A stretch of 64,000 nucleotides of DNA from Candidatus Omnitrophota bacterium (GTDB lineage Bacteria > Omnitrophota > Gorgyraeia > VGKH01), in assembly GCA_043819095.1 (NCBI GenBank), contig JBDRFF010000056.1, positions 20,076-84,075 of the forward strand, written 5' to 3'. Position 1 is the stretch's first letter, and the number at the start of each line of letters is the position of its first letter. Below the pieces are notes generated by a model. That model saw only the letters and a list, made by a program, of their open reading frames with translations. It searched no databases and had not been told where the DNA came from. A program made the translations under genes and the position numbers. Below are positions 63,930 to 64,000 of this stretch, piece after piece.

Positions 63930-64000
63930 GTATTGAAATCGCGGAAACACGCTGAAGTCCGCCTTCGGCGGGACGCGGAACTATGCGGAAAAACTTTAGC

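Overview
This window is AT-rich (judged by eye, not computed). It looks like the core chromosome of an uncultivated-type bacterium, not an accessory island. I could not assign a phylum from sequence alone. About 65 protein genes and 5 tRNA genes lie on the minus strand, and only one gene, a GAF-GGDEF cyclase at 23724..24890, is on the plus strand.

Reading in the direction of transcription (high to low coordinates), the content is:
- archease-rtcB and serS, then a tRNA-rich stretch with four tRNA-Ser isoacceptors, tRNA-Arg(ACG) and tadA, interleaved with small membrane proteins and a lone secretion-type ATPase
- dnaX-recR
- an aldolase/alcohol dehydrogenase pair
- a FecR plus CHASE2-PP2C sensor pair
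- a short pyruvate kinase
- a PAS/GAF/GGDEF/HD-GYP protein
- an MscS / unknown / GH65 / CBS / GT4 / YggT block
- an acyl-CoA dehydrogenase separated from a ferredoxin-fused EtfBA pair by five small exported-protein genes
- a small HTH gene, a second ACP and smc
- cvpA, a NIF3-family gene, dnaG and rpoD
- fabG-acpP-fabF, leuCDB and asd
- truA-rplM-rpsI
- a tightly overlapping argCJBDFGH-lysA-dapF-dapA block. dapA runs off the left edge and was missing from the ORF track.

I added four small ORFs under 60 aa by hand translation. I also trimmed several N-termini that the ORF track had extended to TTG or GTG.

I found no CRISPR array, transposase, integrase or recognisable defence system. The observations most worth a second look are:
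1. tadA starts 8 nt after its substrate tRNA-Arg(ACG).
2. serS lies close to all four tRNA-Ser isoacceptor genes.
3. A 49-nt hairpin repeat, identical at 48 of 49 positions, sits between a stop codon and a tRNA-Ser gene at two loci.
4. A secretion-type ATPase is bracketed by tRNA genes with no partner genes nearby.
5. A leaderless-looking HTH plus second-ACP unit lies upstream of smc, with phased repeats.
6. A ferredoxin-fused, bifurcating-type Etf and an acyl-CoA dehydrogenase are split by small exported proteins.
7. A putative osmoadaptation operon contains an uncharacterised 251-aa protein.

All functional calls rest on motifs I read in the translations and on remembered family knowledge. 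No database search was run.
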